A DNA stretch of 64,000 nucleotides from Haplodiscus bocki. Its lineage: Eukaryota. The translations under genes were made by a program, and so were the position numbers. The DNA is taken from positions 102,114,001 through 102,178,000 of the forward strand of contig OZ296650.1 of assembly GCA_965655095.1 (NCBI GenBank). Direction: 5' to 3'. Shown here piece by piece: positions 25,657 through 38,950 of this stretch; positions within the stretch are counted from its first letter, which is position 1; every line of letters starts with the position of its first letter. The notes beneath the pieces were generated by a model, which made no database searches, was not told where the DNA came from, and saw only the letters and a list, made by a program, of their open reading frames with translations.

Positions 25657-26765
25657 TGTTGGGGAGTGTACGCTATCCTATTACTTTGATGAGGTATACG
25701 CTACCTTATTACTCTGTTGAGTTATACCCAGCATTAATACATTGTTGTCGTATACTCTACTTTAACACATTGCTGGGTTATACCTAATCCTAACACAATA
25801 CTGAGGTAAATCCAATCTCATTACATTGCTCGGTAATTCCCAATTTTAATGCATTGATGAGCTATACCGAATCTTAACACACTGCTGAGGTATAACCTGT
25901 CTTATTACGTTGCTGAGATGTTCCTAATCTCATAACATTGTTGAGACATATCTTGTCTTATTACATTGCTGAGCTATTCCCAACCCTAAAACAGTCGACT
26001 CGCTATGACCTATCATAAAACATAGGAACCTGCACCCTAGTCGACAGCTCTCGGGCTTTTGGGTGACGTAATACTCGATTCCGCTTGGCTGCCGACAACG
26101 TTACGTGAAACCGACAGCAATGTATTAAGATAGACCATAGTTCGACAATGTACTAAGATAGGGTATAGCTCAGCCATGTAAAAGCACAGGGTATACGTAA
26201 GCAATGTTTTGAGATTGGAAACAGCTCAGCAATGTAACAAAACAGGGTATACGTCAGCAATCTTTTAAGATTGGCAATAGCTCAGCAATGTGATAAGACA
26301 ATATATGACTCAGCAATGTTATAAGACTAGGAACAACTCAGCAATGTAATAAGACAAGGTATACATCAGCAATGTTTTAGGATTGGGAATAGCTCAGCAA
26401 TGTAATAAGACAAGGTATACGTCAGCAAAGTTTTATGATTGGGAATAGCTCAGCAATGTAATAAGACAAGATATGTCTCAACAATGTTATGAGATTAAGA
26501 ACATCTCAGCAATGTAATAAGACAGGTTATACCTCAACAGTGTGTTAAGATTCGGTATAGCTCCTCAATGCATTAAAATCGGGAAATACCGAGCAATGTA
26601 ATAAGATTGGATTTACCTCAGTATTGTGTTAGGATTAGGTCTAACCCAGCAATGTGTTAAACTAGAGTATACCACATTAATGTATTAATGCTGGGTATAA
26701 CTCAACAGAGTGATAAGGTAGCGTATTCCTCCCCAAAGTAATAGGATAGCGTACACTCCCCAAAA
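25657..26765. repeat. Central 28-bp satellite blocks in head-to-head orientation around the palindrome centre
   Basis: ACATTGCTGAG-type units to ~25990, then CTCAGCAATGT-type units from ~26115. Confidence 0.8.
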
Positions 26766-29700
26766 ATGTATTGAGACAGGGTATTTTTCCGCAATGTATT
26801 AATGTAAGGTATGGATTTGAGTGTCCAAGTCCTTACTTTTAGACATGTTTAAGTTTTCGGCAAAAACCGAGTGGATAAGACCAACAATGTATTATGTGCA
26901 ATCCGAGCTGATTTTGTTCGGCAATGCATCGTGATAGAGTGTAGAGCCAGATCGTGCAGACACTAAAAAACGGTGAATTAGCCTTGAAGCTGAGAAGGTT
27001 GTACACTTATGAATCGAAGTATGCTTTAATTCTGCAAACTTTGAAGATCAGTATAGGGTTCGGTAATTTATGGGACCACCTAAGGTATGTTTAGAGTCAC
27101 ACATGTCTTGAAATTAGATTTTCGATTAAGCATTGTCAGTTTTGATAAGTGTCAAGATTGTGGTAGGTAACGTCCCGCAGCCAATATTGGGTAGATGCTG
27201 TGTAGGTGTCAGCTTCTTTCCATCGTTTTTCTTGTTGCTCACACAAAAACGTTGGAGAAAATGGATAGAATTCTAACCAAACAGCGTTTTCTTTTGTTTT
27301 CACAAAGGTGTATTTTGAAAAACACTGCTGATCTGCTACATTTTATGCTCCATAGACTTCTGTCCGTAACTACTGTGAAAATTGTGTGTTGTCATATTGC
27401 TAATCCTCACACATTGAGAGACGAATTGACGTGTGGCAGGTTTCAGTTGTACATCTGACGACTAAATCTATAACACGCATTCTTTTAATTCTCCTCTTTA
27501 ACGCAAATTTGGTATCAACGTTGACAGAAGATCTCATCATCCAGTCAGAACCTGAAAAACAAGATGAAAATCAGATTTCAAGGAAAAAGGTTCAAAAATT
27601 TGTCGGCTTTTGAGTTAAAATTTTCTAACGCGGCAGATTTTGAAACAAAGTTTCCACAACGCGTCAGATTTTGATTTCAGAGTTTTACAACGCGTACGAT
27701 TTTGGATTGAAAAAAAATACAACGCGTTAGATTTTGAATTAAAAATTTTACGACGCGTCAGTTTTTCAAGAAAATTATATTTTTGAAAAGGAAGATTTTG
27801 AAGAAAAAAAATTTTCTAAAAAGCACGATTTTGAAAAAATTAATTTTAAAAGCAGATTTTGAAAATGTTGCACACAAATAATCACGTTTTGATCCAATTT
27901 ACCCAGTAAAATGCGCATTTTTTGCGTATTACGTGCAATCTTAAAAAGCACGATTCTGAAAAAAAATTTTTAAAAAGCATGATTTTGAATGTAAAATTAT
28001 TTCTAAAAAGCATGATTTTGAATGGAAAAGTTTTTGTAAAAAGCACGCTTTTGAAATAAAAGTTTTTCCTCTTGTCAGATTTGGAATCAACTTTTCGACA
28101 ACGCGTCAGATTTTGAATTAAAAATTTTACATCGTGTCAGATTTTGAGTGTACTTCTTTTGCAGTTTGCCAAACTTTCATGCGTTTATCTTAACAGGCCA
28201 CGTTTCCGTAATTTTTTAAGGTATGGTGTGGGTTCGGTTTTTCAAGTTATTCTGTTAGTATAGGCTTTGTGTACCCCAACTGTGATCAATGTAACAAAAC
28301 GCATTAAGACAATCAATCCGATTCGAGTTTGTTCATTGATATACGTAGATAAGGAATGCTATTTAACAAGGAAAAAACAAAAAATATTACACCAGCTAAC
28401 AAAAGAAATCAAACAAGTGAAACAAATAGCTACACTTAGATACAATTACAGTTCATCACAAACGGTGGAGTTCCATCCATTGCTCCGGGCTTGCAGAGAT
28501 CATTCAACTCTTCAACCTTAGCAACTGTTTGGTTTATTCGCCCGTCCGGTAAGTAATTTCTTTGAAAGAATGCAAAGCTGACACGCAATCAATTCCTTTT
28601 ACTGTTCATCGTTCGTAATGAAGAGAACACCGGATATGAGTCTGCTCTAGAGTGTTGTTGGTTGAGGGTACTGATTGAACATAGAGTATGTAACATTAGT
28701 GTGGCTGAGTGACATACGAGCTCATGGAACCATGTCCCATAAATTGTACGAGTTCCGAAAGATATTAGAGCTATGCTGCTCATCAACAAAACAGGTATGC
28801 TGATCGTTGCGGGGAATGCATTGGGGTTTTTCACAGGATCTGGAAATGTAATTCCGTTCTCGGTTGATCTGTCTGACTTTCGTAGGAGTTTCAGGGAAGA
28901 ACGTAATGCCACACTCAAAATCTACATAAGTCACCATGTTCTCCTCGTCAATGAAGTGTACAACGTCATCAAAAGAAAGTCTTTTTCAAAGTCGGACCAC
29001 AATTTGATATGAGATCATCTTCCGGACGCAAAATAGAATGAATTGCAAGCTTTGTAGGATCATAAGGAGAGTGTACGGATTTATTGTAGTTGTACATCGC
29101 TTCTTGCAAAAGTAAAAGTTATTCTATTTCGACAAAGGTTGAGTACTGAAATCTGATCGTAGGCAGGTATTGTTGAGAAATTTCACCAGCGGTTGGGTAC
29201 GTTGGTAGCTGCAAGAAGCGAGTTGCTGCTGTTGAGGAAGATTTTTGAAGAATGAATTTTCAGAGTAGCAAGTTGCTGCTTTTATACGATTTTAACCGCT
29301 TCATACCTGCTTTATATGGACAACTTTTCCATTTTTGGTCAAAGCTACAACGATTTCCGTAAATGGGAGTTGTTTCTCTTTTTGGGGACTTGGTGCAAGT
29401 TTTAACACTATTTTCTTTTTCAGTCATTTGTTCAGAGTAATTTCTCCAGTCAACCTGTCGCCTTATCAGGGGACTTTGTTCCTGTTGAGTGATTTTCTCA
29501 GACACGCTGTCTGGCGATGTTAATCCCCTCGAAAAATTTTCCCAGACAGTCTGTCACCATAAAAGGGGAACTTGTTCCACTTGAGTTGTTTTGACATACA
29601 AGCTCTTTCATCCATTTAACTAATTTTTAAATGTATATAGTCGGTTTTTAAAACAAAAGAAACTAATTGACAGCTCCCTTTACGGTTGGTCTTTCCCTTT

Positions 29701-32700
29701 ATTTTTGATAATTCCTTTTATGGTCTTTCCGTATATGGTATAAAGTAAAGAGTAGCACTTGCTACATTTTTTCGCCATTATTTCTTTTGCATTGGTTCAG
29801 TCAAGTTGTTACAAAATATATGTTTACTTCAGAAACTTATGTTATATTACTATTATTTAAATTTCTTCCCTCTAACGCAGCGAAAAAGTTACTTGTGAAA
29901 AATGTGGAACACAAAGTAGAATAAGCCGTTTGTGACAGCATAAGAGGAGATGTTAAACTGGGGCGCTTCATTTCACTCGGTGTCCCAATTTCTCAAGAGA
30001 TTCCCAGACTTTCCTCTCTTTACTTCTTTATTTATCTCAAATGACCGTTGAAACTTGACTGCACCTTTCCTTGACAACAGGCAGGTGGTTCTGAACAACT
30101 GATCACTCCTGAAGGCTGGAAATTATTGCATTACAAATAACAAGTTACAAAGCATCCTTCATGCAATTTTAACCCGAGTTATCTACACAATAATCTTCGC
30201 AGCTTCTTTTGAGTGTCCGGACTTTACAACTTTGACCGTTAAAAACACATCTTATACTACTTTCTAGTTATGCAGTTCAAGTCGGTCGGGTTAATATGTA
30301 TAAATGGAATCGGCTTCCTGGCACAGGTTAAGTCCAATTTATTTAAATAACAATTAACGACGTAGTCACTCCACGCTTTTCTCGCTGTCTGTTGATCGTT
30401 TCTCGCTTCCAACCACATATGGATCTGCTTTTCATACTTGATATTTATGAATCAACTCGTTGAAACTATTGCATGATGATTGGTCTACAGGAATACCTTT
30501 TATGGCAAGGGTTTTAAATTTGTGCCCATATGAGTACATGTAAGTATTAGGTTTTCTGGTTGTAACTTAGTCAGCTTGATTTTTGATTGTGCTATCGGTT
30601 GACGAAATGCTCGATTCTGATTGGCTGTCGACAACGTTTCGTGCAATCTGACGGCAGTATGTCAAGATCACCAATGGTACGACAATGTGCTAAGATCGGG
30701 TACAACTCACCAATGGATTAATATTTGGTCAACCTCAACGAGGTGTTAGGATTGGGTATAACTCGGTAATGTAATGAGTTAGGGTTTACTTCAGCAATGT
30801 ATCAAAGTCGGGTATACCTCAAAAATGTGTTAGGATTGGGTATAGCTCAGTATGTATTGAAATTGGGAAATGCTCAGCAATGTAATAAAACAGGTTATAT
30901 CTTAACAATGTGTTAGGATTGGGAGTAGCTCAGCAAAGTATTAGTATTTGGGAATTGCTTTGCTATGCAATAAGATAGGGTATACCTCAACAATGTGTTA
31001 GGATTGGGTATAGCTCAGTATGTATTGAAATTGGGAATTGATCAGCAATGTCTTAAGATAGGCTATATCTTAACAATGTGTTAGGATTGGTTATAGCTCA
31101 GCAAAGTATTAGTCTTTGAAAATTGCTTAGCGATGTAATAAGATAAGGTTTACCTCAACAATGTGTTAGGATTGGGTATAGCTCAGTTATTATTGAAATT
31201 GGGAATTGCTCAGTGATGTATTAAGATAGGGTATATCTTAACAATGTGTTGGGATTTAGTATAGCTCAGCAATGTATCAATTTTTGGGAATTGCTTAGCA
31301 ATGTTATAAGATAGGGAATACCTCAACAATGTGTTAGGATTGGGTATAGCTCAGTTATTAATGAAAATGGGAATTGCTCAGTGATGTATTAAGATAGGGT
31401 ATATCTTAACAATGTGTTAGGATTGAGTATAGCTCAGCAATGTATCAGTATTTGGGAATTGCTTAGCAATGTAATAAGATAGGGTATACCTCAAAAATGT
31501 GTTAGGATTGGGTATAGCTCAGTTAATATTGAAATTGGGAATTGCTCAGTGATGTATTGAGATAGGGTATATCTTAACAATGTGTTAGGATTGAGTATAG
31601 CTCAGCAATGTATCAGTATTTGGGAATTGCTTAGCAATGTAATAAGATGGGGTGTACCTCAACAATGTGTTAGAATTGGGTATAGCTCAGCAATGTAAAA
31701 ATGTTGGGTAAAGCTCAACAATGTAATGAAACAGGCTGTACTTCAGCAAAGTAATAATATAGCGTACACTACCCACCAATGTATTAAGACAGGGTATACT
31801 TCGGTAATGCATTTTTTTCGGCCACTTTCCTGCATACAGTCCCAACATTTTTTGGCATTCAATTTAGGAGAAGCCGTAAGACACGTGAATTCATCATTTA
31901 GCTTTAAGCATTTTGCTACCAAAGCAAAAAGAAAAAAACTTGATCGATATGACTTCATGTTCTTTGATTTTCAAACTAAGACTCCTGTTTCAATCCCTTT
32001 GTATGCTTGATTGTACTTAAACTCCTTGATTTGTGTAGACAAACCCAAAGAAAGCCTGAAAACAGTTTTTCTGTCAATTTTCATAAATTTTTGTGTGGTA
32101 TCTTACAATGGTGCAGTCTCCATTGCTGTGAATTCAAACCATTTTTTAATAGTTGAACAACTCTCCGACGCAAAAGTACTGCTTAATGGTCATGCTGTAG
32201 CGCAAAACTATGTTTTTGTAGTTTTTCAACCAGAAACAACTAAAGAAATTCCCACGACTATTTGGTCAGACATGTTAAAGAGACAAAAGTCATGAAAATC
32301 CTTCAGCAATGTAGAACAAACGTCAACTACATGGCATAAATGTCTGACTGCATGATTGAGATGTGTAACACTAATACAATCACTTTTGGTTATCAAACCC
32401 ATTTTTTCTCACAATTTACTTTCAAGTTACATTTAGCAAGAAATGTCTTTGATTGTTTACTGTGAGTATAAGGGCCAGGAGTGATGATGGTAAACGTCGG
32501 AACAAGGGTTGCGCCGGTGAACATTGCTTTTCTAGTTCAAGAAATGCGGCTTTATTTGAATGTAAAAAGTTGCACTACACAACATTATCTATAAAAACCA
32601 TCATTATACATTGATCGAAATAAAAACCCAAGTTTTTACAATGTTAAACGTCCTTGCTTGTATCTCAGGACATTGCGCGGATCAGAGACAGCACTCAATC

Positions 32701-34338
32701 CCGAACTTTTTAACAAAATCTATTGATAATACGCAACAAACGTATGTTGACGTAGTAAATGAGTACCTGCAGGCTTACAATACAGGTCCAGACGTGAAAA
32801 ATTATCTTTTTTGTAGTCTGCATCAATTTAAATATGCAGGTCACACAATGTTTTTGTTTGCATTTCTTCTCTCTTAAACTTTTTTGAAAATAAAATCAAA
32901 ATTTTTAAAAAGCATTAAGTCAAAACAGTTTAAGGGAACCGAGGCGGTAGGGAGCGCAAGCGTAACAGAAAGTGATTGACAGCTCGTGCAGTTTTTTTGT
33001 TTTTATGCTAAGCCCTTCCTTTCATGACTGGTCTTTCCACAGAGGGTATATTAACAGACAACACATGCTACAGATTTTTCGCGATTTTTATTTTTTTGCG
33101 GTGCTACAGTCCAATTGCTACAATTTTCACGTTTGTTTGAGATTTTCCTGTTAAACTACAGTTCGGTAGGCGTGACCGAGCTATATCAGATCCTACATTG
33201 CGAAACTGAACCCTATCTTAATATAATACCAAACTAAAACCTTTCTCAATACCTTAACCAACTATAACCAATCCTAATACAATACCCAAACAAACCCTAG
33301 CTTAATACTTTACCCAACTATAACCAATCCCAATACATTACCAAACTATACCCTTTCTTACTACAATGCCGAAGTATCTTTTCACATTGCATTGAGTCAA
33401 AACAGTATCCGTAGGTGTAAAAATTATAAGCGAGCGTCAGCGGAAGGGAGCGCAAGCGTACGGGAGGCGGTACCCGTCATAATTAGTTCGCGCGACGAGG
33501 GTCCAAGAAAAAATTGCGAAAAAGTCTCACAGTACCGAAACAGAGTCATTCAGTCCACTCCCTATCTTTATACATGGAACCAAATTATGCCCTATTCTAA
33601 TACATCGAGCCGAATTATACCCTATCTTAATACATTGAGCTGATATATACCCTATCTTAATACATTGAGCCGAACTATACCCAATCTCATTACATTACCG
33701 AACTACAGCCTATCTTATTACATTACCGAACTATACCCTATCTCAATACATTGCCGAAGTATCTTTTCACATTGCCTTAGGTCAAAACAGTATCCGCAGG
33801 CGTAAAAATTGACCGCGGGCGTCATAATTAGTCCGCACCGTAGTGATTATCCGCGCGGGCGGTGAGCACCCAAAAATTTTTGAAACTTTTCGAAAAAGTC
33901 TCAGTGCCGAAATTTGTCGCACAGTGTCGAAAACGAACCATTGAATATCTTCATACATTGAGACGAACTATAGCCTATGCTTATACCTAACCGAATGCTT
34001 TTGCCTATATTAATACATGCATCCCCTATCTTAAAACATGCATTACCTATCTTAATATATTAACTCGGCTTTCGGCTCTCGGATCCATATCTTAATACAT
34101 TGGACAGACACGACTCGGCAGCACCCGAGAACCCTTGGCTCTCGGCAACCAATCAGAATTGAGTATTACGTCAGCCGAGTCGTCAGCCAATCAGAATCGA
34201 GCACCCTCGGCAGAAACGAGTATTACGTAACCCGAGTCGGCAGCCAATCTGAATCGAGTCGGCTCGCTATAGCCTATCTTAATACATGAGGGTCTCGCCA
34301 CCCCCCCCCCCCCCACCGCAGCTCGCACTCTTACTACT
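26430..34338 (-). repeat. Right arm of element B
   Basis: Mirror of the left arm with indels: lacks the counterpart of ~18815-19125, and has extra ~30165-30655 and ~33228-33320. Confidence 0.9.
30655..31730 (-). repeat. Mirror copy of the 28-bp/168-bp satellite
   Basis: Reverse complement of 15945-17020. Confidence 0.9.
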
Positions 34339-37025
34339 TATGTCTATAATGGACTAAATATCCCAATTTATCACTCTAATCACATATTAGTTTAGCATGA
34401 GCTCTATAGTTTTTGGAATGATGGAAAAAATAAATCCGGTGAAAGTGTCAATGTTAGCTTTGTTTCGAAGACAGGAGGGAAGTTCTTGGTTTTTTGGTAT
34501 TTCATCTGCATATTTCATATCAACTTCGACAAATTATCCAGTTTCTGCATAATCATCTGTCTCGAAAATTTCTTTCAGGGTAACTCGGTCTCTTTGCGAC
34601 GTATATCGAATGTCTGTATAGGAAAAAGGTTGACTTATTGCTCATCCATAGAGATTGCTAGAGTCAATAAATAGCACTTTTCTGGATCCATCGGATGATG
34701 TAATATATCCATCACCCAGCACACTCGAAATACCTTCTCTTATATTATTTTCAAGTGTTAAGTACAAGTCTTGATTTTGAATATTTTCTAGTTCAGGTTT
34801 ACCTGTTTTTCATCCACACTGCCAAGTGCACCCTGGTCAGCTAACATTATATAAGGGACTTAATCCAAAAACTTTAAGAGCTTTTTTTTACGAAATTTCC
34901 AAATAACTCAGCCAAAATCAAGATATCAAATTTCAAGTATAACAAAGTTGGTTCTTTTTCCGTTTCAATTTTCAAAATATTTCGAAGGTTCTATCAATCT
35001 CTTCAGGGTCCGAACGACCCCCAGTTTTTTATTGAATGACTCTTTGATCATATTTTGTATTTTGTTCGGATCAAAGAAGTTTAAAAATTCATATGGATAT
35101 GCTAACTTTTTAGTTAATATTCTTCAAATACGGGAAGCATAATCGGAAGACTTTTGACTGGTTATGAAATCTTTGTAGTCTAAAGTATTACCTAAATCAC
35201 GAAAACTGCATTGTGGGAAACTATATGAATCAATGACTCTTAAACACTCATAACTAGTACTAATAAATGTTTCATCATTCCTTACAAAAACATCAAACTT
35301 GACATTCCTTTTCTTCATTTGCAGTCATGTATCGAAAAATAGATGAGAGTCATAGTTGCTAAAATTATGAAACATAACAGAAAAAACTTTGGTTGTTTAG
35401 TTTTAATATTACATTCGCTATGAGCTGCTCTTCTATACTTTCCTGTTGGATGACAATGATCTCTTACCTTTCCTCCCAGAAGAGTGAATGGTTGTTCACA
35501 AAGGCAACATTCAGTAGCGTTCTCGAAATTCTCCTCATTTCTTTCACATTGTAATAAATTAATCGTTGCAGATAAAATAAAAATTCATTTTACTTTCTAA
35601 TATTAGCATTTCTCCAACAAACCATATAACATTATAAGGAGCAAAACACTCAAGAAAACCTGACTTTAACACATGATTCAAATCAGACTTTACGTAGTAC
35701 CCATTTGCTACTGGTTTTTGATGGGAAACATTTTTAGTTTCGGGTTAAGGTGATTTCGATGAATCAGACGACCGGGCTCCAATGGGTCTAATGGGTTAAT
35801 AATAAAACACTGAAAATCTTAAAAAATTCTGAAACTAACTGGAATCTTTTCTTCATATTTTTCCCAATTGGTTGTAGGTTTAGCAGGAAATTTCGTTACA
35901 CGATGATCATTCAATAAACTTGTGCCTGATATAACTATCCTCCTCGTGAAATAAAGTGAAACAATATCTGCAAACATAAGTTTGATGCAGATCACCTGGG
36001 AAAACATTTATATTCTCATAAAAATGATTTTTATACGAGATTAAATCAACTGGGGGTTCTTTAGCACCCGCAAAATTACAACCTCCTAATTCTGAAATGA
36101 AAATTGGTAAGAGTTAAAGAAATTTGGTTTGCTTATTGAACCCTAATTTAAAAACATTGATATTCAAATTATTCTTAGGTTCTAATTTGGGTATGTCTTC
36201 AATTCTTAAGCCATTACTGGAATCAATACCATCTTTATCTGATTTACTGAAATGGCATTTATAATTAGCTGTACTATCTTGATTTGTTTTTGCAGGGAAA
36301 AGAAAAGCTAATATCGACCACAATGCGAGAAACATATGGATACTTTTAGGGTTTAGAATCGCTTGATTTTTGTTGGGCAACTTAACATAGGTACCACTTA
36401 AGAGAGGATTTGTTTTATACATACTAACTTGCATTGGTGTAATCTTATCAAACACCCAACGAGATGCCTCCATCTGTTCGCCTCCAATTTGTGCTTCCAA
36501 TTCATTTTCTATTTTGGAGTTTGCTGATTTTAATTATGATTGAGTTCTAATATGATCCATTTGTAGCCTAACGAATAGATCTTCTTCGAGTTCGAGGTCA
36601 GTTTTTTTCCAAAGTGACGATTGAAACTTAGTTGAAATTTGGTTGCTCTACTAATCTATTAAATATTTGAGTTTAGTTATATCATTATGATATTCACTTA
36701 TTCATCCAAGGAAAATTTATTTGTAAAAATTGATTTATTAGGGGTCCCGAACGAGTCATTTGTATGGGTATCAAGTAATTGGGTATGCTTGATCTAGACC
36801 TTTAGTTAAAAAATAGGGATTGATTGGGTCTCCTTTGGGGGGGTTTTCAGATCTATTTTCTTCAATAGTTCTAAAAATCAACGCTTTACGAGAAGGTACG
36901 CTCATCAACTGAGTTCTAGGGCGACCATCACCCGCCTTAATTAAATGTTTCTTAGATTTTATATGTTTATCCCAAATAGAGCTTCGGATATCAACCTTAC
37001 AAGTTTCACACTTTCCATTCCCCAT
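34339..37025 (-). pseudogene. Protein-primed DNA polymerase B, N-terminal part (C2H2 finger, N-terminal domain, endonuclease-VII-like Zn motif, exonuclease, motif A)
   Basis: CETC...HIKSKKH (36771-37025); SRWVFDKI...TYVKLP...LWSILAFLFP (36114-36500); CCLCEQ...VRDHCHPTGKYRRAAHSECN...FHNFSNYDSHLF (~35340-35520); IREGISSVLGD and FIDSSNLYG*AISQP (~34620-34750). Joins 12285-13269 across one TSD copy (LVHYRH / KFLVRHG). Confidence 0.9.
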
Positions 37026-37689
37026 TAACCTTATTGAGATGGTTGATATGAGCTAGGTTTCCTAAATGATTTTCATAAATACTCTCATTAACCTCTTTCA
37101 TACAAGTTTTACACCATACTTTATTTTTTAAACCTCTAGTCCGATTCCGAAAATGACTATCACTAAGTAAGTGGCTTTCATACTTTTAAAATCTCTTATA
37201 ATCAATAACTTACAAATATCAAACTTTCTCCTTCCACCAATTTAAAGTAAATGACCATCAAACCTCAAATGGTTTGCGAAACGACTTCGATTGATATCTC
37301 GCTCACATACGCTGCAACGTTTCATTACGTTCTTTGTATTTGAATTTTTGTTCCGTTCATTAAGAAAAACGTTAATTGAAATAAAAATATGAAAACACAT
37401 TTTTCTTTAAAACCTTAATCAATGAAATTTATCATATTGATGCAATAAACTAAAAAATAATTTTTTCAATATTTTGAAATGATTAAAAAACGGAAATTTG
37501 AAATTTGGAAATTGAATTCCTTATTACCACGTGCTTTTTTGTAGGAAGTACCCACACGCATGACCTGAAATATCGAGGATACACAGGAATGACATATTTC
37601 TGAGATTTGTATGTATTTGTGAGAAATCTACAATCACCAGTACGCTTAAATATGCCAAAGACAATCACAGTTATGTCTACATTACCAAA

Positions 37690-37877
37690 CACAATCACAG
37701 GTATGCTAAAATATACGTTAACCTATACATAGAAGTAGTTAATAAGTGGCAATTCTATATATAATATTTATAAATTTCTCACAATCGGACATTCGGGATA
37801 ATTTTGACACGAACGAGGTCAGTGTGATGTGAGAAAATTCTGAATACTTTATATAGAATTGCCACTTATCAACTACT
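37690..37877 (-). repeat. Right TIR of Maverick A
   Basis: Ends ...GCCACTTATCAACTACT (AGTAGT on the minus strand). Inverted homolog of 5808-6000. Confidence 0.8.
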
Positions 37878-38289
37878 GGCAGCGGTTTCAGAAATTGAAT
37901 ATTTTGTCTACTCGTAGTAGTATCAATTTATTACAATACACCCTCATCATTGATTTATTATGAAGAAAATTCATTACAAATTGCAATTTTGGCATATCAG
38001 CTTATCTGGTTTCCAGTGCAGTGACTGGCACCCGCGAAATCCCCACCGAGTGACCTGCACAAAACTGTCGACATTGATTGAAGAAATACTGCCGGTAGTT
38101 AAGAAGATAGATAATTCTATGAGTACTTCGTAAAATTAATTTTCCAAAAAGTCTCAACACATCAAATTTTTCAAAATCATGATAAAATTTTCGTTTCCTG
38201 CAGCCCTCTTGCAACTACTGTAACCGGCTTTCAAACAAACAGACGCAGGTATGCTGTAGCCCTCTAGTAATTATAAGTGTCTCCCAATT

Positions 38290-38710
38290 GATCAAAATTG
38301 AGTATATGCTTCATGTAGCCCACTAGCGACTCTAAGCGACACACACAAACAGTTGACCTGGACCCAAGACTATAGTGAGAGATTCATAAAAGCCATGAGA
38401 CTATTCTACCAGATTAAACACATGTCAGTCTCAAGTACCAAGCAATGCAAGCTAAACACCCATGTCGTGCCAATTGCAACCTGTGGCTCCTAGGCATGGT
38501 ACCCAAGCAAGGCCAACATCTAACTTGTTAAAAATCGAAAAAGACAGCAACCAAATAGATTTCAAACAGCAAACTTGATTACAAAGAACGACTATAAGAT
38601 CTACACCAGCTCCTCCTCAGCGTATACGTCGAGTTCCTTGACACCCTAATCTTTATTGCCCAGGTTGAAGAGCAATACAATGTCCAAATCCACGAATTAC
38701 AGTTGCATGA
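38290..38710 (+). mobile_element. Degenerate CR1/L2 ORF2 C-terminal fragment
   Basis: Remnants resembling LTWT...KAMRLFYQIKH...VVPIATCGS*AWYPSK...DYKERL, similar to the post-RT regions of LINE-A and LINE-B. Confidence 0.5.
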
Positions 38711-38950
38711 AGCCAGCAATTTCTACTGAATCTGTTGACAACACTGTGGGTGAGTGCTCTATTTTTAGTTCTTTCCGCCCATGGGAGTGCAGCGCCCCAG
38801 GGATAGACATTGGGTCGCCGTGGCCGTTAAGTGCTGAGCTAACGAGAAAAGGCCTCAAAAAAGTAATGGTAAACGACTTTTCAGAACAATAATAATAATA
38901 ATAATTATCGGATTTACTGCAGAAAGTTGTAGGGATTTATCCCGGGCAGT

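Larger units (their letters stand above)
13270..25992 (+). repeat. Left arm of element B (13270-20749 plus 25657-25992; split by a LINE)
   Basis: Reverse complement of 26430-34338. For example, ORF 17678-17923 is identical to 29260-29505, and 20051-20314 mirrors 27195-27458. Confidence 0.9.
13270..34338. mobile_element. Giant palindromic (fold-back) non-autonomous Maverick-type element ('element B'), 21,069 bp including a LINE insertion
   Basis: Starts AGTAGTAAGAGTGTGAGCTG and ends CAGCTCGCACTCTTACTACT. Perfect 6-bp TSD TATGTC at 13264-13269 and 34339-34344. The arms are reverse complements of each other and carry mirror-image ORFs. Confidence 0.92.
5808..37877. mobile_element. Decayed Polinton/Maverick ('Maverick A'), internally deleted and interrupted by a nested 21-kb insertion
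   Basis: Diverged ~200-bp TIRs start AGTGGTTAATAA (5808) and end TTATCAACTACT (37877). Internal pPolB, rve integrase and penton-like pseudogenes. No matching TSD (GACACA vs GGCAGC), so pairing the two ends as one element is inferred. Confidence 0.75.

Noticed and set aside
13270-34338. Palindrome as an assembly or fold-back read artefact
   Set aside because: Perfect TSD, collinear pPolB flanks, arm-specific substitutions and indels, and a LINE in only one arm. Long-read confirmation is still desirable.
38745-38860. HDV-like ribozyme in the putative RTE 5' region
   Set aside because: Such ribozymes are known in RTE elements and a GCTAA J4/2-like word is present, but I could not build consistent P1/P2/P3 pairings by eye. 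An Infernal or RNArobo search would decide.
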